A DNA stretch of 64,000 bases from the human T2T-CHM13v2.0 reference genome, Homo sapiens: NCBI RefSeq assembly GCF_009914755.1, contig NC_060931.1. One strand, 5' to 3'. Of the stretch, positions 13,827 to 29,400 are shown piece after piece. Position 1 is the stretch's first letter. Each line of letters starts with the position of its first letter. Below the pieces are notes generated by a model, which ran no database searches, was not told the DNA's origin, and saw only the letters and a list, made by a program, of their open reading frames with translations. The position numbers were made by a program, and so were the translations under genes.

Positions 13827-13882
13827 TTTTTATTTATTTATTTTAAATCTGTGGTATATGCTTTTCAGAAATAACGTCTATT

Positions 13883-14186
<304 letters not shown>

Positions 14187-14744
14187 AGAAATAACATCTA
14201 TTATATCCATGGCATTATTTTTTCGTTGAGGAGATTGTGGGTTTTGCTTGGTCTACTCTTTGTTTCCAATTAATTCTGAAGTTTTGAAATTATGCTACTT
14301 GCTTCTCAGTCATTCTTATTTCCCCAATTTCCTTTTTAATCTAATTCAATTGTTTTGTCAGGTTTCTTTTATCTTCCACATTTGTTTTCTTTTAAATGTG
14401 TTTAATCCTAAGCATTTCTATTACTTGATGCTTGTGTTAGAATTGTATTTCTCTTCTTCAGATGGCATTTTTTCATCTGCCTCTCACCCTTACATGTTGA
14501 ATCCTGTTTTTTTTTCCTTCTGAGGTATCTTTTACTCTTTTTCATGCCTTTTAATTCTTTTGTTTTTGTTTGATATGGGAAGTTATTTGTTTCAATAGAT
14601 CAAGTTTTTCTTAACTTTCTTACCTTTTTGTGCAGAGACCCATTTGCTTTGTTTTCCCCAGTTCTCTCTTCCTTCATTTTTCCTTTCCTTCTTTCCTTGT
14701 TCCTTCCATTTCCCTTCCTCTTTTCAGTCTTCTTCCCTCTCCTT

Positions 14745-14772
14745 ACACACACACACACACACACACACACAC
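14745..14772. repeat. (AC)14 microsatellite next to a CT-rich polypyrimidine tract
   Basis: Read directly from the sequence. Confidence 0.95.
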
Positions 14773-15230
14773 TTTTTTGCTGAAATACTTTGTTGAAAAC
14801 TGCTGGTAACATACTACTTAAATCTCAAGTATTTCTCAAGTAAAAGAAGGTCCTCCTGTATAAACACCTATTATTGTCACACCCAAGATATTTATAGAGT
14901 CAATAATACCACAAATAGTAGTCTATGATTGAATGTCCCAAGTTGTTCCAGAGTGTCCGTCCTCCATAGCTATCTTCTATGTGGCACCGGAATCTGATTA
15001 GTGTTCATTCATTGTGTGTGAATGGTGTGGCGATTTAGTCTCCTTTCATGAAGTTTATACTCCACCACTTTTTTTTTGCCTTTCATGACATTGATATTTT
15101 AAATGAATCCTGGCTAGTTTTAGTGTGAAATAGCACACAGTTCAGATTACAGTGTTTTGCAAAGTTTAAATTCATGTTAATCATTTTTAACAATAAATGA
15201 CAGTATCACTTGTGGATTTTTCCATAGTGT

Positions 15231-16801
15231 TGTGTCTGGAATTGGTGGGTTCTTGGTCTCGCTGACTTCAAGAATGAAGCCGCGGACCCTCGCGGTGAGT
15301 GTTACAGTTCTTAAAGAAGGCGTGTCTGGAGTTTGTTCCTTCAGATATTCAGATGTGTCTAGAGTTCCTTCCTCCTGGTGGGTTCGTGGTCTCAGGCTGA
15401 CTTCAGGAGTGAAGCAACAGACCTTCGCAGTGGGTGTTACGGCTCTTAAAGGCGGTGCGTCTGGAGTTATTTATTCCTTCCAGTGAGTTCGTGGCCTTCC
15501 TGGCTTCAGGAGTGAAGCTACAGACCTTCACAGTGATTGTTACAGCTCATAAAGGTGGCACGGAGCCAAAGAGGGAGCAGCAGCAAGATTTATTGAAAAA
15601 AGCAAAAGAACAAACCTTCCACAGCATCCATGGGGACCCAGCAGGTTGCTGCTGCTAGCTCGGGCAGCCTGCTTTTATTTCCTTATCTGACCCCACCCAC
15701 ATCCTGCTGATTGGTCCATTTTACAGAGAGCTGATTGGCCCATTTTACAGAGAGCTGATTGGTCCGTTTTGACAGGGTGCTGATTGGTGCATTAACAAAC
15801 CTTGAGCTAGACACAAAAGTTCTCCAAGTCCCTACTAGATTAGCTAGACACAGAGCACTGATTGGTGTGTTTACAAACCTTGAACTAGACACAGAGTGCT
15901 GATTGGTGCATTTACAATCCTTTAGCTGGACACAAAAGTTCTCCAAGTCCCCACCAGATTAGCTAGACACAGAGCACTGATTGGTGCATTCGTGCATTTA
16001 CAATCCTCTAGCTAGACATAAAAGTTCTCCAAGTCCCCACCAGATTAGGTAGATACAGAGTGCTGATTGGTGCATCCACAAACCCCGAGCTAGACACAGA
16101 GTGCTGATTGGTGCATATACAATCCTCTAGCTAGACATAAAAGTTCTCCAAGTCCGCACCCAACTCAAGAGCCCAGCTGGCTCCGCCTGGTGGATCCCGC
16201 GCCGGGGCCGCAGGCGGAGCTGCCCGTCATTCCCGCGCCATGCGCCCGCACTCCTCAGCCCTTGGGCGGTCGATGGGACCAGGCGCCGTGGAGCAGGGGG
16301 TGGCGCCCGTCAGGGAGCCTTCGGCCGTGCAGGAGCCCACGGGGTTGGGGGTTGGGCTTGCCCATGGCAGGCTGCAGGTCCTGAGCCCTGCCCTGTGGAG
16401 GGGGCTGAGGCCCAGCAAGAATTCAAGCACAGCACGGGCGGGCTGGCAGTGCTGGGGGACTGGGCGCATCCTCCACAGCTGCTGGCCCAGGTGCTAAGCC
16501 CCTCACTGCCCAGGGCCTGCGGAATCAGCCTGGGGCTCCAAGAGCAGGGCCACCAAGCCCACGCCCACCTGAAACTCGTGCTGGCCCACGAGGGTCACAC
16601 GCAGCCTCTGTTCCCGTCTGCGCCTTTCCCTCCACACTTCCCACAAGCAGAGGGATCTGGCTCCAGCCTCGGCCAGCCAAGAGAGGGGCTCCAACAGTGC
16701 AGCGGCAGGCTGAAGAGCTCCTCAAGAGTGGCCAGAGTGGGCGCTGAGGCTGAGGAGGCGCTGAGAGGGAGCAAGGGCTGCCAGCACGCTGTCACCTCTC
16801 A
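15231..16801 (-). mobile_element. LTR12C/D (ERV9) solo LTR, full length (1571 bp)
   Basis: Ends tgtgtctggaattggtgggttcttggtctc / gctgtcacctctca; tandem gctgattgg enhancer repeats; GC/CpG-rich U3; 4-bp TSD gtgt (15227-15230, 16802-16805); inserted into an old L1 fragment. Confidence 0.95.
15670..16115 (-). promoter_or_regulatory. ERV9 LTR promoter/enhancer: CCAAT (NF-Y) array, GATA site, CACCC box, AATAAAA TATA-like box
   Basis: Nine ctgattgg motifs (~15707-16110); cttatct at 15682; ccccaccc at 15691; ttttatt at 15673-15679. Architecture matches the known LTR12 promoter, firing toward lower coordinates. Confidence 0.65.
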
Positions 16802-17063
16802 GTGTTGCAATAAGAGGTGCATGTTATCAGTTTGCTCCATGATCCGTGATATTGAGGTAACGTTTCTTCTTGTAATTAAGCACTGGTCTGTGGCATAATA
16901 CATTCAGAATCTGAGACTCTCCGGCTGACAGCACATTTTCACCCAACGAACCTTGTAGCCTCCCTGTCTCCATTACTATATGATGTTGCAGATTAGAAAC
17001 ATATCACATTGCATGTAAGAAGGGAGCTTTCTAACTCTATACTTCCCATAAGGTGAAAATTTT

Positions 17064-17368
17064 CTTTTTTCTTTTCTTTTTTTCTTTTTGAGATGGAGTC
17101 TCACTCTGTGGCCAGGCTGGAGTGCAGTGGCATGATCTTGGCTCACTGCAACCATGCCTCTTGGGTTCAAGTGATTCTCCTGTCTCCGCCTCCCGAGTAG
17201 CTGGGAGTATAGGCGCACACCACCATGCCCAGCTAATTTTTTGTATTTTTAGTAGAGATGGGGTTTCACCATGTTGGCCAGGATGATCTCGATTTCTTGA
17301 CCTTGTGATCTGTCCACCTCAGCCTCCCAGTGTGCTGAGATAACAGGCATGCGCCACTGCACCTGGCC
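17064..17368 (-). mobile_element. AluSc-like
   Basis: Antisense Alu; TSD aggtgaaaattttct / aggtgagaattttct. Confidence 0.92.
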
Positions 17369-18489
17369 GAGGTGAGAATTTTCTACGAAAGTAGCTTCGC
17401 ATGATATGGAAAGGAGGGAATTAGATGTCATTAAAGAAAATAAAAAAGCAGTTTGGCATGAGCTGGTGATCACCAAAGTTGGGCAATGGGACTTGGTGAT
17501 TTGCTGTAACAGTCTGTCTTCTTACAACCATGTGCTCATGCTTGTTTCTTTTTAACTGAATGTTTCAATTCAATACATTACACTCCTTCTGCTTTTAGTG
17601 TTCAAATTATGCTAAATTTATTATTTATTCTTTGAAGTGTGCTTTGAAATCAGACTTTATAACTCCACAAAAATATTTTTGGGTTCTTATTTGTATCAGA
17701 TGTACCTGATGTTGTGTTATTCTATCAAGGAAAAAAGACACTTCAAATCTACTTTCATGGTTTTCAGGACTGTCCTAGAATTCTCCTAGGCTTTTAAAGT
17801 TTTTCCTAAAAACATACATAAAGTTTTTCCTTAATATAGGTTTTTAAAGTTTTTCCTAAATTTCTATTCTTCTTTTTCCTTTATTTATTCATTGCTATTA
17901 TGGGTGGAGTTCTTTCTATCGTTATTATTTTTCTCTCTTGCAGCTTTGTATATAAAAAAATTTAATTTTATATTACGTTAAGCTTTTTAATTATATTTTA
18001 TTCATGGTATCACTGATTCTTCTGATTTTCCAGCTATAGGATCTGCAGAGAGGAGTAGACTTACTCCTTTCTAATTGTTTGCTGTCGTCCAATTGATGTG
18101 GTTGTATCTCTAGGCCAAAATAAAATAGTGATGAAGTTGCGTGTGTTCTTGCCATGTCCCTGGTGTCCCTTGGAAGAATGTGTCTTTCCATTTCATAAGA
18201 TGATGTCTTTAGGGATATTCCTCTCCTATATTTTAAAAGTCCAGTATTCATGGTATATCATTTGTAGAATCTAAGGAAAGAGAGAGGGCAGAAAATGGAG
18301 CACTCATTTTCTACTTTGTCTTCTTTGTACATGATATTTGATCTGTTCTCTTATTAGTGGATGCTCAAGAAAGATTTTTGTCCTCACATTTTAATTTACT
18401 GCATAGACAAATTATTTAAACAAGAGAATCTTAAAGCAAAAACAAATAATGTGTTCTCCCACCCAACTAACTTAATCACCTTAAAAGGA

Positions 18490-19245
<756 letters not shown>

Positions 19246-20783
19246 AATTTTTCCAGGCTTTGTTTGCTTGTTTTGCTTACTGTTTCACTAATTTTTTTCG
19301 TCTTCATTTTAATTGCTAGTAAAGAAGATTCTGTGATGTGATTTGTCTTCATATTCATGTCCTTATCAGACATTCTGCCCAGGGTTTTTGAGGTGAATTT
19401 GCGTATAGTGAACTCCAGGAAAATAGTGCAAGGAATTCTTTCAAATTGTTATTAGTGAGAACAGAAAAATGGGGTTGTTGAGTAGGGTAGTATTTCCTAA
19501 CAGATATCATCACAGACTTGATTATAAAAGAACCACATAAAGTCTAAAGAGCCAGTGACCATAATACGAACAGGTATTTGCTAAGTTCCCACGGGAGAGG
19601 AGGAAGAGTGCTTGTACCTGAATGTTTGTGAGGGAGGCCCTGTCAGGTCAGAAGGGCTGCTGCTGCTTTGACCTTGTGTATGTGTGTGGGATGGTAAGAA
19701 ATGAATTAACAATCCTGCGCCACTCTTTCTGACTACGTAATTGGCATTAAACTCAATTACTTTGGATACTGGGTAGAAAATTATTTTGAATGTGTATGTG
19801 TCCTGGTTTCTAATCAGATGTATCCCAAAACATAATAAGGTGGATTTAGAATCCTATGTTTTATCATTAGTTCTGACACCCAGTAGCTGTGTAAATTTCA
19901 GCAAGTTATTTATCTTTGCAATAAAACATAAAACATCCTCAGGGCATTGAATTAATCTTTTATTGCTTAACTGAAAGGTAAATGCTTATAAATATCTAAT
20001 GAAATAGCTCATAATATTTGCTGTATGGTTGTTGATGCTTCTGGACAAAAATGTCAAAATTAGTTGATGCTGAGAAAATTCATGGAGGTTTAAATGAGCA
20101 AAGACATCACCATTTATTGCAAATATAATGGGAATTTCAAATATAATGAAATGGGAATTTATTTCAAATATAATGGGAATATTGAGAACCTTAGTTTTGT
20201 GAAAAAATATGAAGTACCTAAGTTTGTGAGATAACACATAGAAATTTATTAAGAGAAACAGTTAAAAATATTATAACAAAACTATTCAGTTTCTACTATT
20301 ATGCTTTAACATATATTTGAAAATTTGAAAAAATATTTATTGCATATATATGTATATGTTACAATAAAAAGCCTAAAATTTATAATAATATTTTCAATTA
20401 GAGTTCCAAACTTTTATCCAGAATATTGATTAAAGATACTGAGCTCATATTTTTCTTCAATATTATAAAATACATAAAATTAACAAACGTAAAAAATACA
20501 GGAATTTTTTCCTGTAACATAAAAAACACAACTTATTCAAGTGAATTTCAGAGGATTAATGAAACCATTCCAAGCAAAATTTTAATAATCTAATTACAAG
20601 TATTTTTCAGTATACTTTTAATATTACTGAATGAAAATAGTAAAAGAAATATAAAAGTAAATAGTAAAATAAATGAGTGGAAATGGTAAATAGTAAAACC
20701 TCCAGATTGGTTTGCCTAAGATTACGGTCGTTAATGTTACTGTTCTATATAGTGGGTAACATTTGTGTGAATTCTGTGGGTTT

Positions 20784-20810
<27 letters not shown>
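20784..20810. repeat. (TG)13 microsatellite
   Basis: Read directly from the sequence. Confidence 0.95.
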
Positions 20811-20815
<5 letters not shown>

Positions 20816-23800
20816 GAACTACTAGTTGAAAGGTTAATTGCAAAACAGTTCAGTATCTTTTGCTATGGCTGTGGTATTGACATACTTAAATATATTAATA
20901 ACCCACTGTCAACTATTTCATTAAAAAGTATTTTTTTAAATTAACAAGTCGTTATGTGGGCTGTACTGCAGGACCTCCCCACCAAATAAAAATGTCATTT
21001 TGTGCTAAATAAAAATCAGCAGTAAAAAACAAAAAACATAATAAACTTAAAAAAATGAAAAGACTCTTTAGAAGTCTACAATTATATTAATTGGCCTAAA
21101 CTTGATATTCTTTTTTAATGTATCAGGTTTTTTTTTTAAAAAGGCATAAAGTGAGTATGAAGGTAGGGAGAGAATAAAAGAGAAATAAAAATGCACTAGC
21201 ATTGTATCAAAATATGGAGATTGTAGCTTTTAAAATAATTAATATCTCAAATTGTTGTTTTCTTTGGAAATATCACCAAAGGCTATGAGAAAACAGAAGC
21301 CTCACAGGTGGACTTCAATATGGAAACTCAATATTTGAACTCCGGCATTTGCAAAAGTCATCCACAGTGGGCTCAGAGGGGAGCTGAGTCTTCACATCTG
21401 ACCCAGGAGAGGAGGCTAGGCCTCATTGGAGAAAAGTGGCTTGAAAATAGTGCTTCCAGTAACTTGGGGTTTCCAAGGTGACGCCTTGGGAGCATTTCAC
21501 ATCATTTCAGTGGTTTGAACAAAAGGCAACCAGGGGGTGGTTCTGGACACTATTCTGCTGAAAGAAAACCAATGCATTCTCTGTTTTGCATACTGGGATA
21601 GTAGGTACAATTCTATTTTTTTTTAAATCTATTGCCGAAGAACAAAAATAAGAAAAAAGAAAATCACTATTGTGGCTATTTTCGCACAAAATATTTCAGT
21701 GGTCAAAACCTTTCAGAATGCTAACTTCAGTAGAAATACTTTGAAAACCAAAGTAAAAGTGTATCACACACCTCTAAAGTAACCTCTACAAATATGTGTC
21801 CTATTTCTGGTGCCCTTTATGAAAGATGCAGTGGAACTTGAGAGGCATGCCATTGAGGTGATAAAGGAGGAAAGAAGTGGCCACATAAAAAAGGTTTCCC
21901 AGATTAAACACATGCTGTCCAAGGCATTTTCTGAGTTGGGGGATGATGCTGAATGCGATCCCTAAATTGGAACATCTTGGTTCAAACTTCGGTTCTATGT
22001 TCTATTATATATAAAATTCCATTATATATAACTTGCAATATATATAAATCCCTAGGGAGATATATATATATATTTGATTAATTAACTTAATCTCCAATTA
22101 ATCCCTTCTGTAAAAACAGGGATAATAATAATGCTTGATTTCTGCTCTATACATTTCAGAACACTATTGAGTCTGTAAAAATTGCACACTAAAAAGAACA
22201 GATTCCTAAGTTGATTTAAAGGTAAAACATGAAACTTTGTAACCAGAGCAGTAACATAAACAAGCAGGCAGCTTGCTTCACCCAGAGGCTGCTTCTAGAG
22301 ATATTAGAATTGCTCAATAAAAACTAGAATGTAACTGCTGTTAGAAGATACTCAGACCATTGAGATGGAAGTGGAGTTCTGAGGATGGGACTCAGAGATG
22401 AGGAAATGCAACCTGCCTGAACCCACAGGCTGGAGGTGTGCCTCTGTAGAAAAGGAACCCTGTATGCAGGTAACTATTTTTCTTTTTAACAGCTTCATAG
22501 GGGTATAATTCACATGCAATAAAATGCATATCTCTAAAGTGTAGAGTTTGATAAGTTTTGATATATGGAACACCTGTAAAATCACCACACTCAAGGAAAT
22601 GAACACACTCATCGTTCCAAAAGATTTCTTATGCTCTTTTGTAATTCTGCCTCACTTATACCCTCCTCCCCAGGCACATACTCATATACTTTCTTTTACT
22701 GTATATTTGCATTTTATACTTATAAGTAAAAATAATCATGTAAAATATACTCTTTTCCACCTAGCTTCTTTCACTCAGCATAGTTATGTTCATGGGTCTC
22801 CATATTTCCATTTTTGTTGCCAAGTAGTACTGCACGGTGTTAATGTATGATAATTTATCAGTTTAGCTGGTGATGAATATTTTGGGCTGTTTTAGGGGTT
22901 TTGGGATATTACAAATAAAGTTGCTATGAATGTTTATCTAAAATTCTCTGTATAGACCATATTCTTTTTTAATATTAGATAAATACTTAAGGATGGAATT
23001 AATCACACAATAGTTGTATATGTAATGTTTTGACACTGTCAAATGGTTTTCCAAAATGGTTGGGCTTTTATATTCCCATGAGCACTGTATGACAGTTTCA
23101 GTTCCTCTACAACCTCCCCAATACTGGGGATATTCATTCTACTCAATTTTTGCAAGTTCATAGGTGGGTAGTGGTATCTCTTTATGGTTTTATTTCATGT
23201 TTGACTAGTGATCAGTAATGTTGAGCATCATTTCATGTTCTTATTTGCCACCCGTATGCCCTCTTTCGTGAATGATCTGTTCATATTATTGCCCATCTTT
23301 TTCCTCTAATGCAGGGATGTAAACGCTATAAATTCTCCACTAAGTGCTGCTTTTGTCCACATACCCATAATTTTGGTAAATTGTATTTTGGTTTAGTTTA
23401 TTTAAAAAATTATCTTCAGAGACTCCTTCTTTGACCCATGGGAAACCCTGTTTAATTTCTAAATATTGCAGAATTACCTGGCTATCCTTCTCTTATTTTT
23501 TAAAACTTAATACTTTTGTGGCTTGAAAATATACCTGGTGAGATTTTTATTCTCTTAAATATATTAAGGTGGTTTTAATAACACAGAATGTGATCTATTT
23601 TGTTGAATGTCCCACGTGAGCTTGAGAAAAGTGTATTGTCTTTGGGTGGTGAATACTGTACATGTCATCTACGTCAAGTTGATTGATAATGCAGTTCAGG
23701 GAACCTGTATCCTTACTAATTTTCCACCTGCTTGATTTGTTAGTTATGGGCAGAAGGTTGTTGAGGTCTCCAACTATAATAATAATTTTTTTATTTCTCC

Positions 23801-25123
23801 TTTAAATTTTATCAGTTTTTGCCTCATGTATTTTGACATTCTATCATTAGGTGAATATACGTTTAGGATTGTTTTATCTCCTTTAAGAATTAACTGCATA
23901 CTTTATCATAGTATAATGCTACATTTTAACTCTGATAATATTCCTTGTTCTGAAATAGGTTTGTCTGAAATTAATATTGCTACTCCAGCTTTCTTTTGAT
24001 TAATGTCAATGATATTTCTTTCTCTGTCACCTTACTTTTAACTTTAACTTACTTTTACTTTTAACTGATTTTTACTTTTTAACTTACTTTTCACTTACTT
24101 TTAACTGGCTCTTTAATGTAGAGTTTTTATTGACAACATATAGTTGTGTCTTGATTTTTCACAGTAATCTGAAAATCTCTATTTTAAATTGTTCTATTTA
24201 GACAATTTCCATCAAAAGTGACTACTGGTATGGTTAGATTTGCCTGTGACTTTTAGCCTGGTCCTCCAAACATCCAGTATGGACGGTTTTCAGAAAATCT
24301 GCAGAGCACACTCTCACTTCAAGGAATTTGCATTTGTTGTTCCCTGTGTCTAGAACCCTTTAACAGCCTTGATGGGCTACTTCCCCACATCAATGAAACT
24401 CAGCTCATTATTTTCCACTGAGTGGCATTTTCCGGCTGTCTATCTAAATTGCAGAATCACACACCAGTCAGGCCCCATCCCATGCCACTGTTTGATTTCG
24501 TATGTGCTTTATTTGCCTTTCACATTTAGCTTACATTTGTTGAAGCAAAATATTGAATGAAAGTGGTGTTAGTGGGCAACCTTGTTTTATTTCCTCATTT
24601 GTTTCCTGTAGCTATGTTTAGATTCCTTTTTACCAGAATAAGGAAGATCCTTTTTCCCTATTTTGCTATTTTTTAAAATTATAAATTGATATAAATTTAA
24701 TCAATTGCTTTTCATGAATCTATTGAGATGAGCACAAGAATTTTCTCCTTCATTCTACTCATATGATTAATAGAATTGTTTAACTTTTAAATTTGAAACC
24801 AGGTTTGCAATTCAAAAATAAATTATAATTGCTTGTGATGTTTGTACAGATCAATGGATTTAGTTTGAAAATATTTTATTTTAAATTTTATCATTGGAGA
24901 TAGATCAGTAATTTACCTTTTAGTAATGCTTTTTCAAAGAGTGATGGTGACTTCCGGAGGACGTTGCTTAGGTTTGGTGATTGTTTTTTCCCAAATACTT
25001 GGTAAAATATATTAGGAAAATTATGTGAAGCTTTGTGTTTCTTTAATAGATATAGGATTATTGAGATTTTCTTCTTGTGACATCAGTTTGTAATATTTCA
25101 AGACATTTCTCCATGTTATCTAA

Positions 25124-25408
25124 TTTTTTTTTTTCTTTTTTGAGATGGAGTATTACTCTGTCACCCAGGCTGGAGTGCAGTGGCGTGATCTCAGCTCACT
25201 GCAACCTCTGGCTCCTGGGTTCAAGCAATTCTCCCTGCCTCAGCCTTCTGAGTAGCTGGGATTACAGGTGCATGCCACCACAGCCTGGCTAATTTTTGTT
25301 AGCCAGGCTAACAAAATTGTTGGCCAGGCTGGTCTTGAACTCAGGTGATCTGTCCGCTTTGGCCTCCCAAAGTGCTAGGATTACAGGCGTGAGCCACCGC
25401 AGCTGGCC
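25124..25408 (-). mobile_element. AluS with internal deletion and templated inverted insertion
   Basis: Antisense Alu rearranged at 25282-25320. Confidence 0.88.
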
Positions 25409-26036
25409 CTAAACTTTCAAATGTATTTATATATAGTTGTTTATTATTTTTCTCATGTTTTGTATCTGGAGGCTCTTTAGTGATATCCTATTTTTCATTC
25501 CTAATATTGAGGATATGTAACACAATGACAGTCTTTACAAGAATGGATTTTTGGCTTTTGTTTGTTTTACCTATTGACACATATTTTCTCCTTTATTATT
25601 TCAGTTCTTATCTTTATTATTTCCTTCCGTCTATTTTCTTTGGATTTAACTTGTTGCTATTTAATTTTAATTTTCTGAAATTTTTGAAATTTGCTTTATG
25701 AAGCATCAGAAGGGCAATTTGGAGAAAATATTTTTAGAAAGTAAAAATTAATGGACATTTTTTGGTACAGAGAATCTTTATTTTTATTTTCATTTTGTTA
25801 ATATCTTGAACAATAAACATTTAATGATTTTTAAACTGCTTCATCTATCAGTTATGAAGAAACATGTCAAAATGTTCTATGATTATGGATTTATTTCTTA
25901 GTTCTGTTAAAGTTATATACTTATGTAACTCCACAAGATATTATGTTTACTGTTTTATCCTCTCAATTTGTAGCATATTTAACGTTTTATTTGTTCTTCA
26001 TTTCAGACTGCATCTATAACCTGCTATTTGGTATAA

Positions 26037-26405
<369 letters not shown>

Positions 26406-29400
26406 CCATTATTATTTTGATGTCATTCTGCTGGTGAAGAATTCTATCAGTTTTGGTTTTTTTTTTTCAATATTTTGTACTTTCCCTTCGTTTTTGAAAG
26501 GTATTTTACTGAATATCGAGTTCTTGAAATTATTTTTCTTTTATTATTTTAATATAAAATTCTATTGTCTTCTGGTTTCATTGCTTTGCTTCATAACCCA
26601 ACTGTTAGCCATTTTGTTGCTTCTTAGAAGCTAGTATGGCTTATCTTTAACAATTTTTAAGATTATTTTGTTTATTTTGTCTTGGTAGGGTTCGTTAGTT
26701 GTTCTATATTATGTTTAAGTCATGAATTTGTGGCTGCTGAAATTTTATAAATTTTGGATATTTTAAAATGGTTGTCACATTACCTATTACTTCTGTCTCA
26801 TTATTTAAATTGTTCTGAATTGCAAATACATTATCATATTTTTTTTCACATTCTGTGTATCTCTTTCACTCTTTAAAGTATCGTATGTATTGTCCATCCT
26901 TTTATATCTCCAAGCTTCGATCTAGTAATTTTTTTGTTCTATCTCCCTGTAATCTATTTTTGTATTTTAAGAGAAATTTCAGGTTTACAGAAATATTGAG
27001 TAGAGTATACAAAGTTACCATATATTCTCTCTAAATCTGTGTACAGTTTCTCCCATAATTGACATCTTGTGTTGGTATGGTGCAGTTGTTATAATTGGTG
27101 AACAAATATATATAGTTATTATTAACTGAAGACCATAGTTTGCATTAGGGTTTATTGTTGGTGTTGAACAGTCCTCTGGGTTTTGACAAATGCACAATCT
27201 CATGTACTACCATTACAGTATTATGCACATTTGTTTCATTGTCCTAAAAATCCCTTGTGCTTCACGTATTTTTTGGTTTTTCCTCCTGCCAATCCCCATG
27301 CAACAACTGATCCCCATGCAGCACTGTTTCTAACGTTATACTTTACCCAGAACATCATACATTTGGAATCATAGAGTATAAAATATTTTCGGACTGGCTT
27401 CCTTCAACTGGAAATAAGTTTTCAAGTCAATATAAATATATACCAATAATATTTATTGGGTAAATAACTAAGTGCACAGTGATAGGAATACATTTAGTTT
27501 TGTAATAAAATGCCAGCTGTCTTCCAAACTGGCTGTACAGTTTTGTCTTCCCACCAGCAATGAATGAAAGGTTGCTTTTCTTCACATATTTACCAGCATT
27601 TAATGCTATCAATATTTGGGATTTTAATTATTTTAATAGCTATTTAGTAACATCTCATGGTTGTTTTGATTTGCTATTCCCTAATGACACACAATGTTGA
27701 GAATCGTTTTATGTGCTTATTTCTCATTTGCATCTCTTCTTTGGTGAGGCTTCTGTTCACATACTTTGTCTACTTGTTAATTGGGTTGCTTGTTTTGTTA
27801 TTGCTGAGTTTTAGTAGTTTTGCATTTTGGATACCAATCTTTTATCAGATATATATTTTATAAATATTTCCCATAGTCTTTGGCTTGTCTTTTTATTCTC
27901 TTAACACTGTTTTATAAAGAGGAGAAGTTATACATTTTAACGAAGTGAATTTTCAAGTTTTTCTTGCATGGACTATGTTTATTTTGTTGTTGTTATATCT
28001 AAAACGTCATTACCAAGCCCAAAGTCACCCTGATTTTTTATCATGTAATCATCTAGAAGTTTTATAGTTTTGCATTTTACTTTGAGTCCAATGATCCATT
28101 TTGAGTTAATTTTTGGGAAAGGAATAGAATGTGTCTAGATTTTTTTTTTTTTGCATATGAATATCTAGGTGGTCCATCACCATGTGTTCAAAAGGTTATG
28201 CTTTCTATATTAGATTGTCTTTACTTATTGTGTTGGTTACTCTGAATATTATATATAAGCTTATAATTAGTTTGTTGACATCTGCAAAGTAACTTGCTGT
28301 GATTTTGGTTAGCTTTGCTTTGAATCCATAGATCCAGTTAGGAAGAACTGATAGCATGACCACATTGAGTGTTCCTATCCATGTACATGGGGTATCTCTG
28401 TACTTGTTTAAATCTTCTTTGATTTCTTTCAACAGAATTGTGTAGTTTTCCTCATATAGATTCTGTACATATTTTGTTAGATTTATAATTATTTATTTTT
28501 GGGTGGTAATTTAAATGGTATTGTGTTTTAATAGCAAATTCAAGATGTTCATTATTGGTATACAGGAAATCAATTAACTAATGTATATTAACATTTTATT
28601 TTGAAATCTTGATATAATAATTTACTAGTTCCATGTTTTCTTGTTGGTGGAGGTAAGCAATTCTTTGGGATATTCTACATAGATAATTGCATGATCTGCA
28701 AAAGAAGACTGTTTAATTTATTTCTTCCCAATCTGTATACTTTTCATTTTTATTTATGTTTTCTGCTTTCTCTGGTTTTAACTGAGCATTTTATGCAATA
28801 CAATTTTGTATTCTTTCTGAGCATATCAATTATAATTCTTTAAACAATTTTCTTAGTGATTATCCTACAGTTTGCTATGTATATTTGTGATTTATCCAAG
28901 TCCATTTTCAAATAATACTCTACTGCTTCATAGTCAGTGCAGTCCTTACAACAGAGTATTCCTAATTCCTCCCACCCATCCCTTAAAATGTTGTAGTCAT
29001 TCATTTCACTTATCCATAAACTATAATTGTACTTTGTTTCTATTAGTATTTTGAATAAATTATCTATAGAGCAATTAAAAATGAGAAAAATAAAAGTTTA
29101 ATACCTTCATCTAGTCCTTCTTTATACTCTTTCTTTCATTATACTTTCTTACCTATATTATTTTACTTCTTTCAGAATAATTTCTTTTAACATTTTTTGC
29201 TGTTCTACCACCAGCATTTTCTCACATTTTTTTGTTAGAGAAATTCTTCATTTCTCCTTCATTTTTATGGGATAATTTTACTCAGTACAGGATTTCATAG
29301 TGGGAGGTTTTTTGTTTGGTTGGTTTTTTGTTTGTTTTACTTTCAACAGTCAATATTTTGTTCTGTTTTCTTCTTGCTTGCATAATTTCTGATGAGAAGT

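Noticed and set aside
15700-16160. Regularly spaced repeats resembling a CRISPR array
   Set aside because: These are the known ERV9 LTR enhancer tandem repeats; spacers are not unique, the context is eukaryotic and there are no cas genes
16395-16898. 167-aa ORF and overlapping ORFs
   Set aside because: They lie in the GC-rich U3 of LTR12, where stop codons are rare by composition
28205-28432. ORF with reverse-transcriptase-region similarity
   Set aside because: Short decayed L1 ORF2 remnant, not an intact gene
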